From assembly GCA_965223385.1 (NCBI GenBank), contig CBDCWR010000004.1, positions 267,258 to 331,257 of the forward strand: a stretch of DNA of 64,000 bases, given 5' to 3'. The DNA comes from Candidatus Multivoraceae bacterium. Its GTDB lineage: Bacteria > Acidobacteriota > Thermoanaerobaculia > Multivoradales > Multivoraceae. The position numbers and the translations under genes were made by a program. Shown here one piece after another: positions 18,440-27,316 of this stretch; within the stretch, counting starts at the first letter, position 1; each line of letters opens with the position of its first letter. The notes beneath the pieces are model-generated. The model worked only from the letters and a program-made list of their open reading frames with translations. It had not been told where the DNA came from and ran no database searches.

Positions 18440-20170
18440 GTGCGGGGGGATGGCATCAACGCCGAGTTTCGGGCCGACGTCCGGTCTTGGAGCTGGTTGG
18501 TCGGAGCGGCCTTGCTGATTGCAGCTTGCGTTCGCATCTGGGGTCTGGGGGATCGTGGAATCACCCACCCGGAGATCTACGTCCCGGGCATCGCACTCCC
18601 CGCCGACATCTCCGAGCCGCCGCCGCGCCTCGATCTGAAGTCGGCGATCTGGTGGCACTACCACGACGAGCCCCATCCCATGGGCTGGTACCTCGGCATG
18701 TTCGCCTGGACCACCGTCGCGGGGACCAGCGAGTGGGCGCTCCGGCTCCCGTCGGTGCTTTTTGCCCTGGCGGCTATCCCCTGCATCTGGTGGCTCGGCA
18801 GGTCGGTCTACTCCGCGGCCGTCGGCGGCCTGGCAGCGGCTCTGCTGGCTCTGCACGGGTTCCACGTCTTCTGGAGTCAGACGGCACGCATGTACTCGGC
18901 AGGCGTCTTCCTGGCGCTCCTGTCGACCTGCCTCGTCCTCCGGCTGGCGGACTCGGATGGTCCGCGCCCGCGTCTCGAGCTCGCCTATGTCGCGAGCGTG
19001 TTGATGGGCATCCAGACGGTGGAGCTCTTCTGGCCCGTCCTCCTGATGCACGCGGCGTGGGTCGCGCTCGCCGCCCCGGACGTTTCCGATCGGTTGACGG
19101 CCTCGTCGATCCACTGGCGTCCTCCGGGGCCCCGCCTCTTGCAGCTCGTGTCGGTCGCCCTCATCTTTGCTGCCCCGGCGCTCGTGCACTCGGTCTATCG
19201 CGCGCGGGGCGGCGCCGCGGCGTACCCGAGGCCGGAGTTCTTGGCCGACTACTTCGCCTTCGGCTTTCTGTTCGCGGACGACCGGCACCAAATCCCCATG
19301 CTGTCGGTTCCGGCTCCCTGGCACTGGGTGCTGCTGATGGTCGGCCTGTGTCTGCTCGCGATTGCCCTGCGCGCGACGGTGCGAGGCAAGGCGCCTGAGT
19401 CGCCGGACGAGCCGCTGCCGGCCTGGCTCCTGCTGGCCGCTGCCGTGTCGTCTTCTGTGGTCATTCTCGGTCTCGGCGCCATCGCATTCCGTCGGCGGGC
19501 CGTGCTCATGGCGCTGGTGGTCCTTCCCTGGATGGCGTTTGCGCTCCCGGCCCTCGCGGCCGTGCTCCGATCCGCTCTCACCTCCCTGCGGCTGGACCAG
19601 GTGCGCAAGGCCATCGCGTCTCGAGCGCTGCTCCTGTGGCTGCTCGCAGTGGTGGCCCCCCTGGCACTCTTCGTCGTGTCGTACCGCATCTCGGTTCTGG
19701 CTCCCCGGGCCTTTCTCGTCTTCCTCCCGGCCCTGCTGGTCGTGAGTGCTGCGGGAGCACTACGCATCGCCTCCAGTCGGAAGGCTTCCCTGGCGATCGG
19801 TGGTGCGCTCTGCCTCCTCTTCGCGCTCAGCCTTCCGTACGCGGCGCAGAAGCCTGGATCGCCGCGCGACTACAAGACGCTGGCCGCGCAGATGATCCCT
19901 GCCATGGAGGACGGAGACGTCGTCTTCGTGACGCGGCGCGACTGGACCGACACCCCGTTCTTCTACTACGTGCCCGACGCACGCTACGTGGTGGAGGAGT
20001 GGAGCTCCGCGCTCGAGACGGCAGAGCGTGTGTGGCTCGTGACCTGGCCCTACGAGGACATGCCGGTCATCCACGACGAGCGTCGCGACGCGCTGGCGCA
20101 GTGGCAGCGGGTGGAGCACTTCGAGGCGCTGCGCGCGTCGGCAGAGCTCTTCGTCCCCGCCGCGCCCTGA
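18440..20170 (+). CDS. GT-C fold membrane glycosyltransferase (ArnT/PMT_2-like)
   Basis: Multi-pass membrane protein. The N-terminus (WLVGAALLIAACVRIWGLGDRGITHPE) and first-loop pattern are typical of ArnT/dolichyl-phosphate-mannose transferase-like enzymes. There is a soluble C-terminal domain. Confidence 0.6.
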   Translation: MRGDGINAEFRADVRSWSWLVGAALLIAACVRIWGLGDRGITHPEIYVPGIALPADISEPPPRLDLKSAIWWHYHDEPHPMGWYLGMFAWTTVAGTSEWALRLPSVLFALAAIPCIWWLGRSVYSAAVGGLAAALLALHGFHVFWSQTARMYSAGVFLALLSTCLVLRLADSDGPRPRLELAYVASVLMGIQTVELFWPVLLMHAAWVALAAPDVSDRLTASSIHWRPPGPRLLQLVSVALIFAAPALVHSVYRARGGAAAYPRPEFLADYFAFGFLFADDRHQIPMLSVPAPWHWVLLMVGLCLLAIALRATVRGKAPESPDEPLPAWLLLAAAVSSSVVILGLGAIAFRRRAVLMALVVLPWMAFALPALAAVLRSALTSLRLDQVRKAIASRALLLWLLAVVAPLALFVVSYRISVLAPRAFLVFLPALLVVSAAGALRIASSRKASLAIGGALCLLFALSLPYAAQKPGSPRDYKTLAAQMIPAMEDGDVVFVTRRDWTDTPFFYYVPDARYVVEEWSSALETAERVWLVTWPYEDMPVIHDERRDALAQWQRVEHFEALRASAELFVPAAP

Positions 20171-20178
20171 GCAGCCCC

Positions 20179-21912
20179 CTAGGGGTCGTCGTGCAGGTCG
20201 AGGCCCTGGCCAGTGGTGTCGTAGAGCGGATCCGTGTTCGGCACCGCGTCAGCCCAGAGGAATCCATCGCTCCAGAGGAGGCCGTCGGCCCAGAGGAACC
20301 CGTCAGCCCACAGGAACCCGTCGCTCCAGAGGAAGCCGTCGGCCCAGAGGAACCCGTCAGCCCAGAGGAACCCGTCGCTCCAGAGAAAGCCGTCCGACCA
20401 GAGGAACCCATCAGCCCACAGGAAGCCCGCGCTCCACTCCTCGTCACCCCAGAGCTGTGCCGTGTCTTCGACGTAGATGACGTTGGCTTCGTCGGAGCGC
20501 CCCATTTTCGGGGACAGAGCCGCCGTGACGCTTCCGGTCTCGTCGAGCGCGGCTTGGATGTCGAGCACCCCGGCACCGGTCGCGGTGGGCGAGCCGGAGA
20601 TCTTGCGCGCAGAGCGCATGAGCCGTGCTTTGACCGTTGCCGGCGTGAGGCTCGGGTCCTGCTCGACCATCAGAGCAGCTGCGCCTGACACCATGGCGGC
20701 GGCCATGCTCGTGCCCGACAGCTCGAGGTAGGCCTGGTTGTTGGGCATGAGGCGCTGGGGGAGCAGGTTCTTCAATGCGCCCTCGTACGACACCGGCTCC
20801 ACCACCCGGTTGCCGGGGGCGACCAGATCGGGCTTGAGCACGTGATCGAAGGCGGTCGGCCCCTGGGAGGAGTAGGTCGAAATGTAGTCGTCGCTGGTGT
20901 CGGCGGTGCCGCTGTCGGTCACCGAACCGACGGTGACGACCTTGCGCGAGTTGCCGGGGCTCGTGATGGTGAAGTTGCCGTCGCGGCCGTGGTTGCCGGC
21001 GGATACGACCACCACGACGCCGGCGTCCCACACCGCTTCGACGGCGGCCACCAAGGGATCGTCGGCCGCGGCCTCTTCGATGGCCTTGCCCAATGACAGG
21101 TTCGCCACGCGGACGTTGTACGCGCTGGCGTTGCCGACGAGCCAGTCGAGCGCCGCGATGACGTCGGACGTCGTTCCTCGACCCTGGGAGTCCAGGACCC
21201 GCAGGGACAGGATGTCGACGTAGGGGGCGACGCCACGAAGCTGGCCGCCGTTGGAGTAGCCGTCGCCGGCGATCAGGCCGGCGACGTGCGTACCGTGGCC
21301 CCAGGGGTCGCCGGGCCCGGAGGTGTTCGAAGAGGGGTTGCCGACGAAGTCGAACTGCATGTGTGTGGGCCAGAGATCGGTGTGGAAGCCCACGCCGGAG
21401 TCGAGGACGGCGACGCGCAAGCCGTTGCTTGTGATGCTCCAGTCGATCGGGTAGAGCGGGTGGTTGGCGGTTGCGAGGGCTGATTCGGACAGATCTTCGA
21501 CTGCATCGTCGTGCGAGACGAGCTCCACGTTGGGTGCCTTCGCGAGCTGAGTGAGACGCTTCGCGGGAATGCGAAGTGCGGCCATCCGCAGGTTGGAGAA
21601 AGGTCGGACGTCGGTCGCGCCCAGTGCTTCGAGTCGAGCGAGGTCGGCCGCGATGGGACTGGAGCGATAGGTCACGATCGCATGGAGTGTGGACTCGGGT
21701 GACTGCGTGGCAACGAGATGGGCCTTGGCGCTGACGCGGGCGTGGGAGCGTGGCGTGCTTTCGACGGACCGCTTCGTGAGTTGGCTCAGGAGAGGCGCGG
21801 AGCACAGCTGGAGAGCGGCGAGGACGATCGCTACGAATGGGAGAAACCGCCAGCTCGAGGTTCGCGAAGCAGGGTCGCAGTGGATGGAATGAGAGTGAAG
21901 AATGTAGGGCAT
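20179..21912 (-). CDS. Subtilisin-like S8 serine peptidase with a C-terminal GFLW(A/S)D hexapeptide repeat region
   Basis: Catalytic triad motifs VAVLDSGV, GHGTHVAG and SGTSMAAAMVSG. The N-terminal hydrophobic signal is followed by an inhibitor_I9-like propeptide. Start is ATG at 21912 (GGAG 6 nt upstream) or 21924 (MELT...). The rest of the 1449-aa ORF is antisense read-through. Confidence 0.85.
   Translation of the reverse strand: MPYILHSHSIHCDPASRTSSWRFLPFVAIVLAALQLCSAPLLSQLTKRSVESTPRSHARVSAKAHLVATQSPESTLHAIVTYRSSPIAADLARLEALGATDVRPFSNLRMAALRIPAKRLTQLAKAPNVELVSHDDAVEDLSESALATANHPLYPIDWSITSNGLRVAVLDSGVGFHTDLWPTHMQFDFVGNPSSNTSGPGDPWGHGTHVAGLIAGDGYSNGGQLRGVAPYVDILSLRVLDSQGRGTTSDVIAALDWLVGNASAYNVRVANLSLGKAIEEAAADDPLVAAVEAVWDAGVVVVVSAGNHGRDGNFTITSPGNSRKVVTVGSVTDSGTADTSDDYISTYSSQGPTAFDHVLKPDLVAPGNRVVEPVSYEGALKNLLPQRLMPNNQAYLELSGTSMAAAMVSGAAALMVEQDPSLTPATVKARLMRSARKISGSPTATGAGVLDIQAALDETGSVTAALSPKMGRSDEANVIYVEDTAQLWGDEEWSAGFLWADGFLWSDGFLWSDGFLWADGFLWADGFLWSDGFLWADGFLWADGLLWSDGFLWADAVPNTDPLYDTTGQGLDLHDDP
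20248..20430 (-). repeat. Ten tandem 18-bp coding repeats (GFLWAD/GFLWSD) inside the S8 peptidase gene
   Basis: Protein reads AGFLWADGFLWSDGFLWSDGFLWADGFLWADGFLWSDGFLWADGFLWADGLLWSDGFLWAD. The DNA units differ at synonymous positions. Confidence 0.9.
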
Positions 21913-22272
21913 GGTCAACTCCATCGAGGTTCGTCGCCGGGCGGCGACGTGGACACCTACAGGGTGCGCCGAGTCGAAGAGCAAGTGGTGTGCCAGCAAA
22001 AACGGTGACTCTGGCCCGAGATTTACGAGTTGTTGTCGTCGGCCGCTGCACTCGAGGCCCCTTGGAGTCGCCGGAACGGAGAGAACGGTGCGCCGGGGAA
22101 AAAAGTGGCGCTCGATCTCGAACCGGTTCTGTGCGAGCGACAGCGCCTGTGGTCTGGCCCGGCGCTTGGAGGACCGAGCGCACTCGGCTGACAGACCGCG
22201 GTGTCGAAGAGACCTGGCACTGGGAGTAGAGTCGAACCACGATTCTGATTTGCAGCGGCACGGGGGAGCACG

Positions 22273-23241
22273 ATGAGGTACACGAAACTCGGCAGGACGG
22301 GGCTCGAGGTCTCGCGCATCTGCCTGGGCTGCATGAGCTACGGCAAGGAGACGCCGGGCGTGCACGACTGGGCCCTGCTCGAGGACGAGGCGCGGCCGTT
22401 CCTGCAGAAGGCTCTGGAAGAGGGGATCACCTTCTTCGACACCGCCAACGCATACTCGGTGGGCACGAGCGAGGAGGTCCTCGGCCGCGCGCTCCGCGAC
22501 ATGGCGCACCGCGACGAGGTGGTGATCGCCACCAAGGTCTACTTCCCCGTGCGGAAGGGAAAAAACGCCCGCGGGCTCTCCCGCAAGTCCATCCTGGCGG
22601 AGCTCGACAACAGCCTGCGTCGCCTGGGCACAGACTACGTCGACCTCTACCAGATCCATCGTTGGGACGATCGCACGCCGATCGAAGAGACGATGCGCGC
22701 CCTCCACGATGCGGTGGAGTCGGGGAAGGTCCGGTACATCGGCGCCTCCTCGATGTACGCCTGGCAGTTCAGCAAGGCGCAGTACACCAGCGAGCTGCGC
22801 GGCTGGCACAAGTTCGTGAGCATGCAGAACCACTACAACCTGCTGCATCGCGAGGAGGAGCGGGAGATGATGCCGCTGTGCGTCGACCAGGGCGTCGGGG
22901 TCATTCCGTGGAGCCCGCTCGCGCGCGGCAAGCTCACCCGCGACTGGGAGACGCAGACCAAGCGCACGGAGACCGACCACAACCGCGACGAGATCTACCT
23001 GCAGGCCGGCGGGCGCGGCGTGGTGGAGCGTGTCGCCGAGATTGCCGAGGAGCGCGGCATCTCGCGGGCCCAGGTTGCGCTCGCCTGGATGTTGTCCAAG
23101 TCGTTCGTGACGGCGCCGATCGTGGGCGCGACCAAGATGCACCACCTCGAAGACGCGCTGGCCGTAGTCGATGTCGAGCTGAGCGCAGAGGAGATCGAGC
23201 GTCTGGAGGAGCCGTACGAGATGCGGCATCGAGGCTTCTAG
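22273..23241 (+). CDS. Aldo/keto reductase
   Basis: MRYTKLGRTGLEVSRICLGCMSYG. AKR motifs FFDTANAYS, DLYQIHRWD and IGASS. SD GGGGGAG lies upstream. Confidence 0.9.
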   Translation: MRYTKLGRTGLEVSRICLGCMSYGKETPGVHDWALLEDEARPFLQKALEEGITFFDTANAYSVGTSEEVLGRALRDMAHRDEVVIATKVYFPVRKGKNARGLSRKSILAELDNSLRRLGTDYVDLYQIHRWDDRTPIEETMRALHDAVESGKVRYIGASSMYAWQFSKAQYTSELRGWHKFVSMQNHYNLLHREEEREMMPLCVDQGVGVIPWSPLARGKLTRDWETQTKRTETDHNRDEIYLQAGGRGVVERVAEIAEERGISRAQVALAWMLSKSFVTAPIVGATKMHHLEDALAVVDVELSAEEIERLEEPYEMRHRGF

Positions 23242-23247
23242 GGGCTC

Positions 23248-24039
23248 ATGACGCTCAACGCGCGAGGGCGCTTCGAGGCCCTGGACGAGGAGCTGCGCGA
23301 ACGTGGGTTCGGGCCGGGGGTCTGCCGCTCCGGATCGAAGTCGCTGCACATGTGGTGGTGGGGCCGGCTCGGGGGTCGGGACGCGACGTTGCGCATCGAG
23401 TCGACGGGCACCGGCTGGGAGACCGACACCCTCGGTCCGGAGCAGTGGGCCGGCTACGTCTTCGAGCTCGGTCTGGAGACGCCGGTCGCCGTGCGACTCC
23501 GGCTGCCTGAGGCACGCTGGGCACGCTCGATCTGGGCGAGCTTCGCGCGCGGGCGGGGCTATGTCTTCCTGCGCCCGCTGACCGGCATCGAGGGGCGAGT
23601 GGTGCAGACGACGCACGAGACCTGGGCCGAGCGCATGGCCGCCAGCGAGCGGGCGGTGGGTGCGCTGAGGGAGCTGCTCGAAGGGGAGCCGCGCGGAGAC
23701 GGTCCATCGCAGTGGCCGGAGGAGCCGACCGTCTCCATGGGACCGACGCCGAAGGGTGGCGCGTTCGTCTATCGCAGCCGGCGGCTCCCGGGCCGCGCTC
23801 TCGGGCCCGATCTTCTCGTTGACCTCGCCCGGCGGATGTCCGCGTTTCTCGAGGTCGTCGAGGAGCTTCCCGAACCGGAGCGGCCCGCGCGTCCCTCGGT
23901 TCTCAGCTGGATCGAGAGCCGGGCGCACGTCCTGACACGGGTACGCAACGTCGTCTTCGTCGCGCTCTCCGTGCTCGCAGTCGTGGCGATCGTCTACATG
24001 CTGGCCATCCAGATGCTGTTCGAGGGGATGACCCGCTAG
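23248..24039 (+). CDS. Hypothetical protein with a C-terminal transmembrane anchor
   Basis: Non-repetitive composition. Single C-terminal TM (VVFVALSVLAVVAIVYMLAIQML). Starts 6 nt after the AKR stop. No recognisable motifs. Confidence 0.5.
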   Translation: MTLNARGRFEALDEELRERGFGPGVCRSGSKSLHMWWWGRLGGRDATLRIESTGTGWETDTLGPEQWAGYVFELGLETPVAVRLRLPEARWARSIWASFARGRGYVFLRPLTGIEGRVVQTTHETWAERMAASERAVGALRELLEGEPRGDGPSQWPEEPTVSMGPTPKGGAFVYRSRRLPGRALGPDLLVDLARRMSAFLEVVEELPEPERPARPSVLSWIESRAHVLTRVRNVVFVALSVLAVVAIVYMLAIQMLFEGMTR

Positions 24040-24046
24040 TGGAGCT

Positions 24047-25399
24047 TCAGCTGCAGCTCGAGTACAGGCGGAAGCCAGCCCAGTAGAGCGGCTCTCGTGC
24101 GTCGAGCCGCACGGCTCCGCCCACGTCGATGGGCCCGGAGATGAGCTCCAGCTGGCCGTGCCGGAGCGCCTCCGCCGCCGAAGCGCCCTCGGCCAGTGCG
24201 GCGTAGACGTGGCCGAAGAGGATGGGTGACGCGTCGTCCGGCGCGAGCCACAGGGTGAGGAGGGCCTGGTCGAAGCCGGCGGGCGCCATGCGTGCGGCGA
24301 GCTCGGTGGGTGTGCCGAGCGCGCTCTCCGCGCTGGCCGCCGGCGTGAGGAAGTTGCGCGCGTTCTCTTCGCCCGCCTCCCGGCCACTGCGGTCGGGCTG
24401 GAGACCCGACAGCACGAGCAGCGCGGACTCGCCCTGCACCAGCTCAGGAAGCTCGCGCAGCGGCAGGAGGTCGGGGCGGGCGGACGCATCGCCGGCACTG
24501 AGCTCGAGCGTCGCCACCGAGAGCGCATGGCCTTCCACGACGTTCGCGCCGAGGTGAAGCAGGCGCACGGGAGAACGAGCGCGGAGCGCGGCGCGTCCAG
24601 CCTCGGTCCCCACGAGCATGGCGGTGTGGTCGAAGGCGCTCTCCAGGGCCTGCGCCTCCTGACGCCGGGCGGCGCTGCGGCGCCACGAGACGCCGGCGTC
24701 GCTCATCGAAGCCCCGAGGGGGCGCGACGTGAGCCGGAACTCCGGATCGACGAGCGCGACGAGCGTGCCCTGGGGATCGAAGGCCGCGCCGCGGCCCAGA
24801 TCGCCGAGCTCGGACAGGTGGCAGACGGCCGCGTGCTCCACGAGGTGGCCACGCCGGCGGTCGACGGATCGGGGCACGCGCAGGGTGGCGAACGGCAGAT
24901 CGTCCAGCACCGGATCGGCGTGGATCACGACCCGCGTCGACGCAGCCAGGATCTCCGCGACCGGGCCGAGCAGCTCGTCGCCCAGGTCGTCCGTGAGTCG
25001 GAGCAGCTGGCCGCGTGCGGGCCGCGAGCCGCTGCCGAGGAGCCGGTAGACCTCGCGCACCGCGCCTGCGAGCTGCTCGGGGGTGCGTCCGAGCACTCGA
25101 GGGTGGGTGATTTCGTCGCCCGTCACCGCGAGGACGGCGATGCGCGTTGGAGGAGTCGGCAGGGCCCCGAAGACGAGGAGCGTCTCACCCGGCTCCAGTG
25201 CCGCCTGGATCTCGCCGGGCGTCGAGCGGTCGCTCGGCGTTCCGAGCAGTCGCGCTCGGGCCGCTTGGACCGACGTGAGGAACGCCTGCGCGTCGACGTC
25301 AGGCGCGTCCTGCGCTTGGGCGGATGCCGCCAACGTCAGCGCCAGCGCCGCCGCGATCGCGCGGCTCCGGCCTTTGACCGTTCTCACGGGGCGACGCAC
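24047..25399 (-). CDS. Secreted CHAT-domain-like protein lacking the canonical catalytic His/Cys
   Basis: GTG at 25399 or 25387 gives VRRPVRTVKGRSRAIAAALALTLAASAQAQ (signal peptide). The C-terminal half matches the CHAT layout (LLHLGANVVEGH ... ALLVLSGLQPD ... ALLTLWLAPDDASPILFGHVYAAL...AEALR). The positions normally HG and C read N and G. Confidence 0.55.
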   Translation of the reverse strand: MRRPVRTVKGRSRAIAAALALTLAASAQAQDAPDVDAQAFLTSVQAARARLLGTPSDRSTPGEIQAALEPGETLLVFGALPTPPTRIAVLAVTGDEITHPRVLGRTPEQLAGAVREVYRLLGSGSRPARGQLLRLTDDLGDELLGPVAEILAASTRVVIHADPVLDDLPFATLRVPRSVDRRRGHLVEHAAVCHLSELGDLGRGAAFDPQGTLVALVDPEFRLTSRPLGASMSDAGVSWRRSAARRQEAQALESAFDHTAMLVGTEAGRAALRARSPVRLLHLGANVVEGHALSVATLELSAGDASARPDLLPLRELPELVQGESALLVLSGLQPDRSGREAGEENARNFLTPAASAESALGTPTELAARMAPAGFDQALLTLWLAPDDASPILFGHVYAALAEGASAAEALRHGQLELISGPIDVGGAVRLDAREPLYWAGFRLYSSCS

Positions 25400-25409
25400 G
25401 TCCGGGTCG

Positions 25410-26417
25410 CTAGTCGAGACGGTAGATGCGCGCCGCCGTGCCATGGAACATGGCGTGCTTCTCGTCGTCGGAGAAGTCGCGCACCATCTTCTTGAAACCG
25501 TTCCACAGGACCGGGTAGGAGATGGAGAGACGATCGACGGGGAAGTTGCTCTCGAACATGCAGCGCTCCGGGCCGAAGCACTCGATCGTGTGCAGGTAGT
25601 AGCGTCTCTGTGCGGCGACGAACTCGTCCGACGTCGGGGGCCGCTCGGCGTTGTCCCAACCGAAGCCGTTGTCGGGCATGGCCATGCCGCCGAGCTTGGC
25701 CACCACGTTCGGACACGTGGCGATCGCCGCGATGTCCGCCTTCCACTGCTCGAAGATCTCGTCCTGCCGTCCGGCATAAGCCCCCACTCCGAGGGGTGTC
25801 CCGAAGTGATCGAGGATCATCTGGGTCTCGGGCGCGGCGCGCGCGAGCTCGAGGTAGTCGCGGTTCTGGTGGTAGAAGTGCCACGTGTCGTAGGTGTAAG
25901 AGAGCCTGCCGAGTGTCTGCAGGCCCTCACGAAAGCTCGGATCCCCGTACGGGCTCTCTCGGTTGCGCCCGGCATTGGTCAGCGTGCCGGTCGTGTCGCA
26001 GGGGCCTGCGTGCCGGATGCCTCGGAAGAGCCCGCGTCCTGCCTCCTCGTGCGCCGCCAGAACCTCCTCGACCGCCGCTCCGAGCTTCAGGTTGGCGTGG
26101 CTCACGATGGCCGCGATCGTCGCCTTTCGCTTCGCCTTCGCGGACTCTGCCGCGACGCCGGCGACGTACTCGGTCTCCCCGACCGGGCGCAGATGCTCGG
26201 GTCCGTCGTCGCGATAGCTGGAGCGACAGTCGATGAAGACCGTCTTCTCGACGTTGTGGCCGGTCTCCGTGTCGCTCCAGAGGTCCTCGAGCTCGTAGCG
26301 GCCCCAGAAGGAGCTGTCCTTCCAGAGGTGGTGATGCGGGTCGACGATGGGTCGTTCTGGCTCCAGGATGTCCTCCTGGACCGAGCCCAGCCATTCGGCG
26401 CTCTTCTGTTCGGGCAT
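25410..26417 (-). CDS. Amidohydrolase_2 family protein (metal-dependent hydrolase/lactonase/decarboxylase type)
   Basis: N-terminal IVDPHHHLW motif. Later motifs ILDHFG and the terminal GTAARIYRL are typical of the amidohydrolase-2 (TIM barrel) family. Confidence 0.85.
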   Translation of the reverse strand: MPEQKSAEWLGSVQEDILEPERPIVDPHHHLWKDSSFWGRYELEDLWSDTETGHNVEKTVFIDCRSSYRDDGPEHLRPVGETEYVAGVAAESAKAKRKATIAAIVSHANLKLGAAVEEVLAAHEEAGRGLFRGIRHAGPCDTTGTLTNAGRNRESPYGDPSFREGLQTLGRLSYTYDTWHFYHQNRDYLELARAAPETQMILDHFGTPLGVGAYAGRQDEIFEQWKADIAAIATCPNVVAKLGGMAMPDNGFGWDNAERPPTSDEFVAAQRRYYLHTIECFGPERCMFESNFPVDRLSISYPVLWNGFKKMVRDFSDDEKHAMFHGTAARIYRLD

Positions 26418-26439
26418 GTCGATCCTCCCTGGCGGGAGG

Positions 26440-26664
26440 TCAGTCTTTCATGCCCGGCTCGCGGTGCGCCTCCTGCGGCGGCGGTTCGGCGAGGAGGGCC
26501 CACAGATACAGGCCGACGCCCAGAACCACGAGCCCGCCACCGCCGACGAGCATGAGGCTGAAGCCGATCGGATGGGACCAGCGGAACGTCAGCAGCTCGA
26601 TCAGCAGGCCTGCGGCCGTGAGTGCCCCGGCGAGGCGGGTGCGGGTCGGGTGGGGGACACTCAT
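26440..26664 (-). CDS. Small two-TM membrane protein, translationally coupled to the NapC-like cytochrome
   Basis: Residue 164 onward of ORF 26440..27153: MSVPHPTRTRLAGALTAAGLLIELLTFRWSHPIGFSLMLVGGGGLVVLGVGLYLWALLAEPP... The ATG overlaps the upstream TGA (ATGA). Confidence 0.5.
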   Translation of the reverse strand: MSVPHPTRTRLAGALTAAGLLIELLTFRWSHPIGFSLMLVGGGGLVVLGVGLYLWALLAEPPPQEAHREPGMKD

Positions 26665-27302
26665 GGTGAGCTCCCCGCACCGAGCACGTCGCGGTCGCTC
26701 GCGTCCCAGCGAGGAAGTGCGTCGAGGTCCGGAATCGCGTGCACGGCCGAGTGGCAGTCGAGGCACGAGGTCTCGCCCTGCACCAGCGACTCGAGGTCGA
26801 GCGTGTGGAGCTCGTTGTCGAGGAAGCTCCGCGACTCCTGGTGGCAGTGAAGACAGTCGCGGTTGGCATACGGCTCGTACAGCTCCAACTGGTCCGGAAT
26901 CTGGCCAAAGTAGTTCACGAGGACGTGCTGGACTCCCTTCATCTTGGCCTCGATGTCGCCGTACATGGTGTAGCTGGTGTGGCAGTCGAAGCACGCCGTC
27001 TCCCGCGGCACGCGATGGTTCTGGTAGTGCGCGGCGGGGAGGAACTCCCCGCCGTCGAGGTCCAGGCTCTCGCCGTAGGGCTCCATGACGTGGCACGACA
27101 GGCAGAAATTGGTGGTCTTCGAGTGCTCGAGCTGGCTGGCGGTCCCGGCCCACAGGCCCACGATTGGCACGAAGACGAAGGCGAACAGCGCCAGCGCGCG
27201 ACCGGCCGGCTGCTCGACGACCGAGGGTCGCGCGAGCACCACCGCGATCAGTGCGATGCCGAGCACCAGGAAGCCGGCCAGGGCTGCGTCGAACGTCAAC
27301 AT
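26661..27302 (-). CDS. NapC/NirT (CymA-like) membrane tetraheme cytochrome c
   Basis: Four CXXCH motifs (CLSCH, CFDCH, CLHCH, CLDCH) with NapC-like context (TTNFCLSCHVM, ETSCLDCHSAVHA). Two N-terminal hydrophobic helices. Confidence 0.85.
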   Translation of the reverse strand: MLTFDAALAGFLVLGIALIAVVLARPSVVEQPAGRALALFAFVFVPIVGLWAGTASQLEHSKTTNFCLSCHVMEPYGESLDLDGGEFLPAAHYQNHRVPRETACFDCHTSYTMYGDIEAKMKGVQHVLVNYFGQIPDQLELYEPYANRDCLHCHQESRSFLDNELHTLDLESLVQGETSCLDCHSAVHAIPDLDALPRWDASDRDVLGAGSSP

Positions 27303-27316
27303 GGTCGCACTGGCGG

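Noticed and set aside
21925-24528. Upstream 870 aa of the 1449-aa minus ORF containing the S8 peptidase
   Set aside because: It runs antisense through the AKR (22273..23241) and the hypothetical gene and has low-complexity composition. The peptidase has its own signal peptide and SD at 21912.
25400-25777. N-terminal 126 aa of ORF 24047..25777
   Set aside because: This part overlaps the 3' end of the amidohydrolase_2 gene in another frame. A signal peptide begins at the GTG at 25399/25387.
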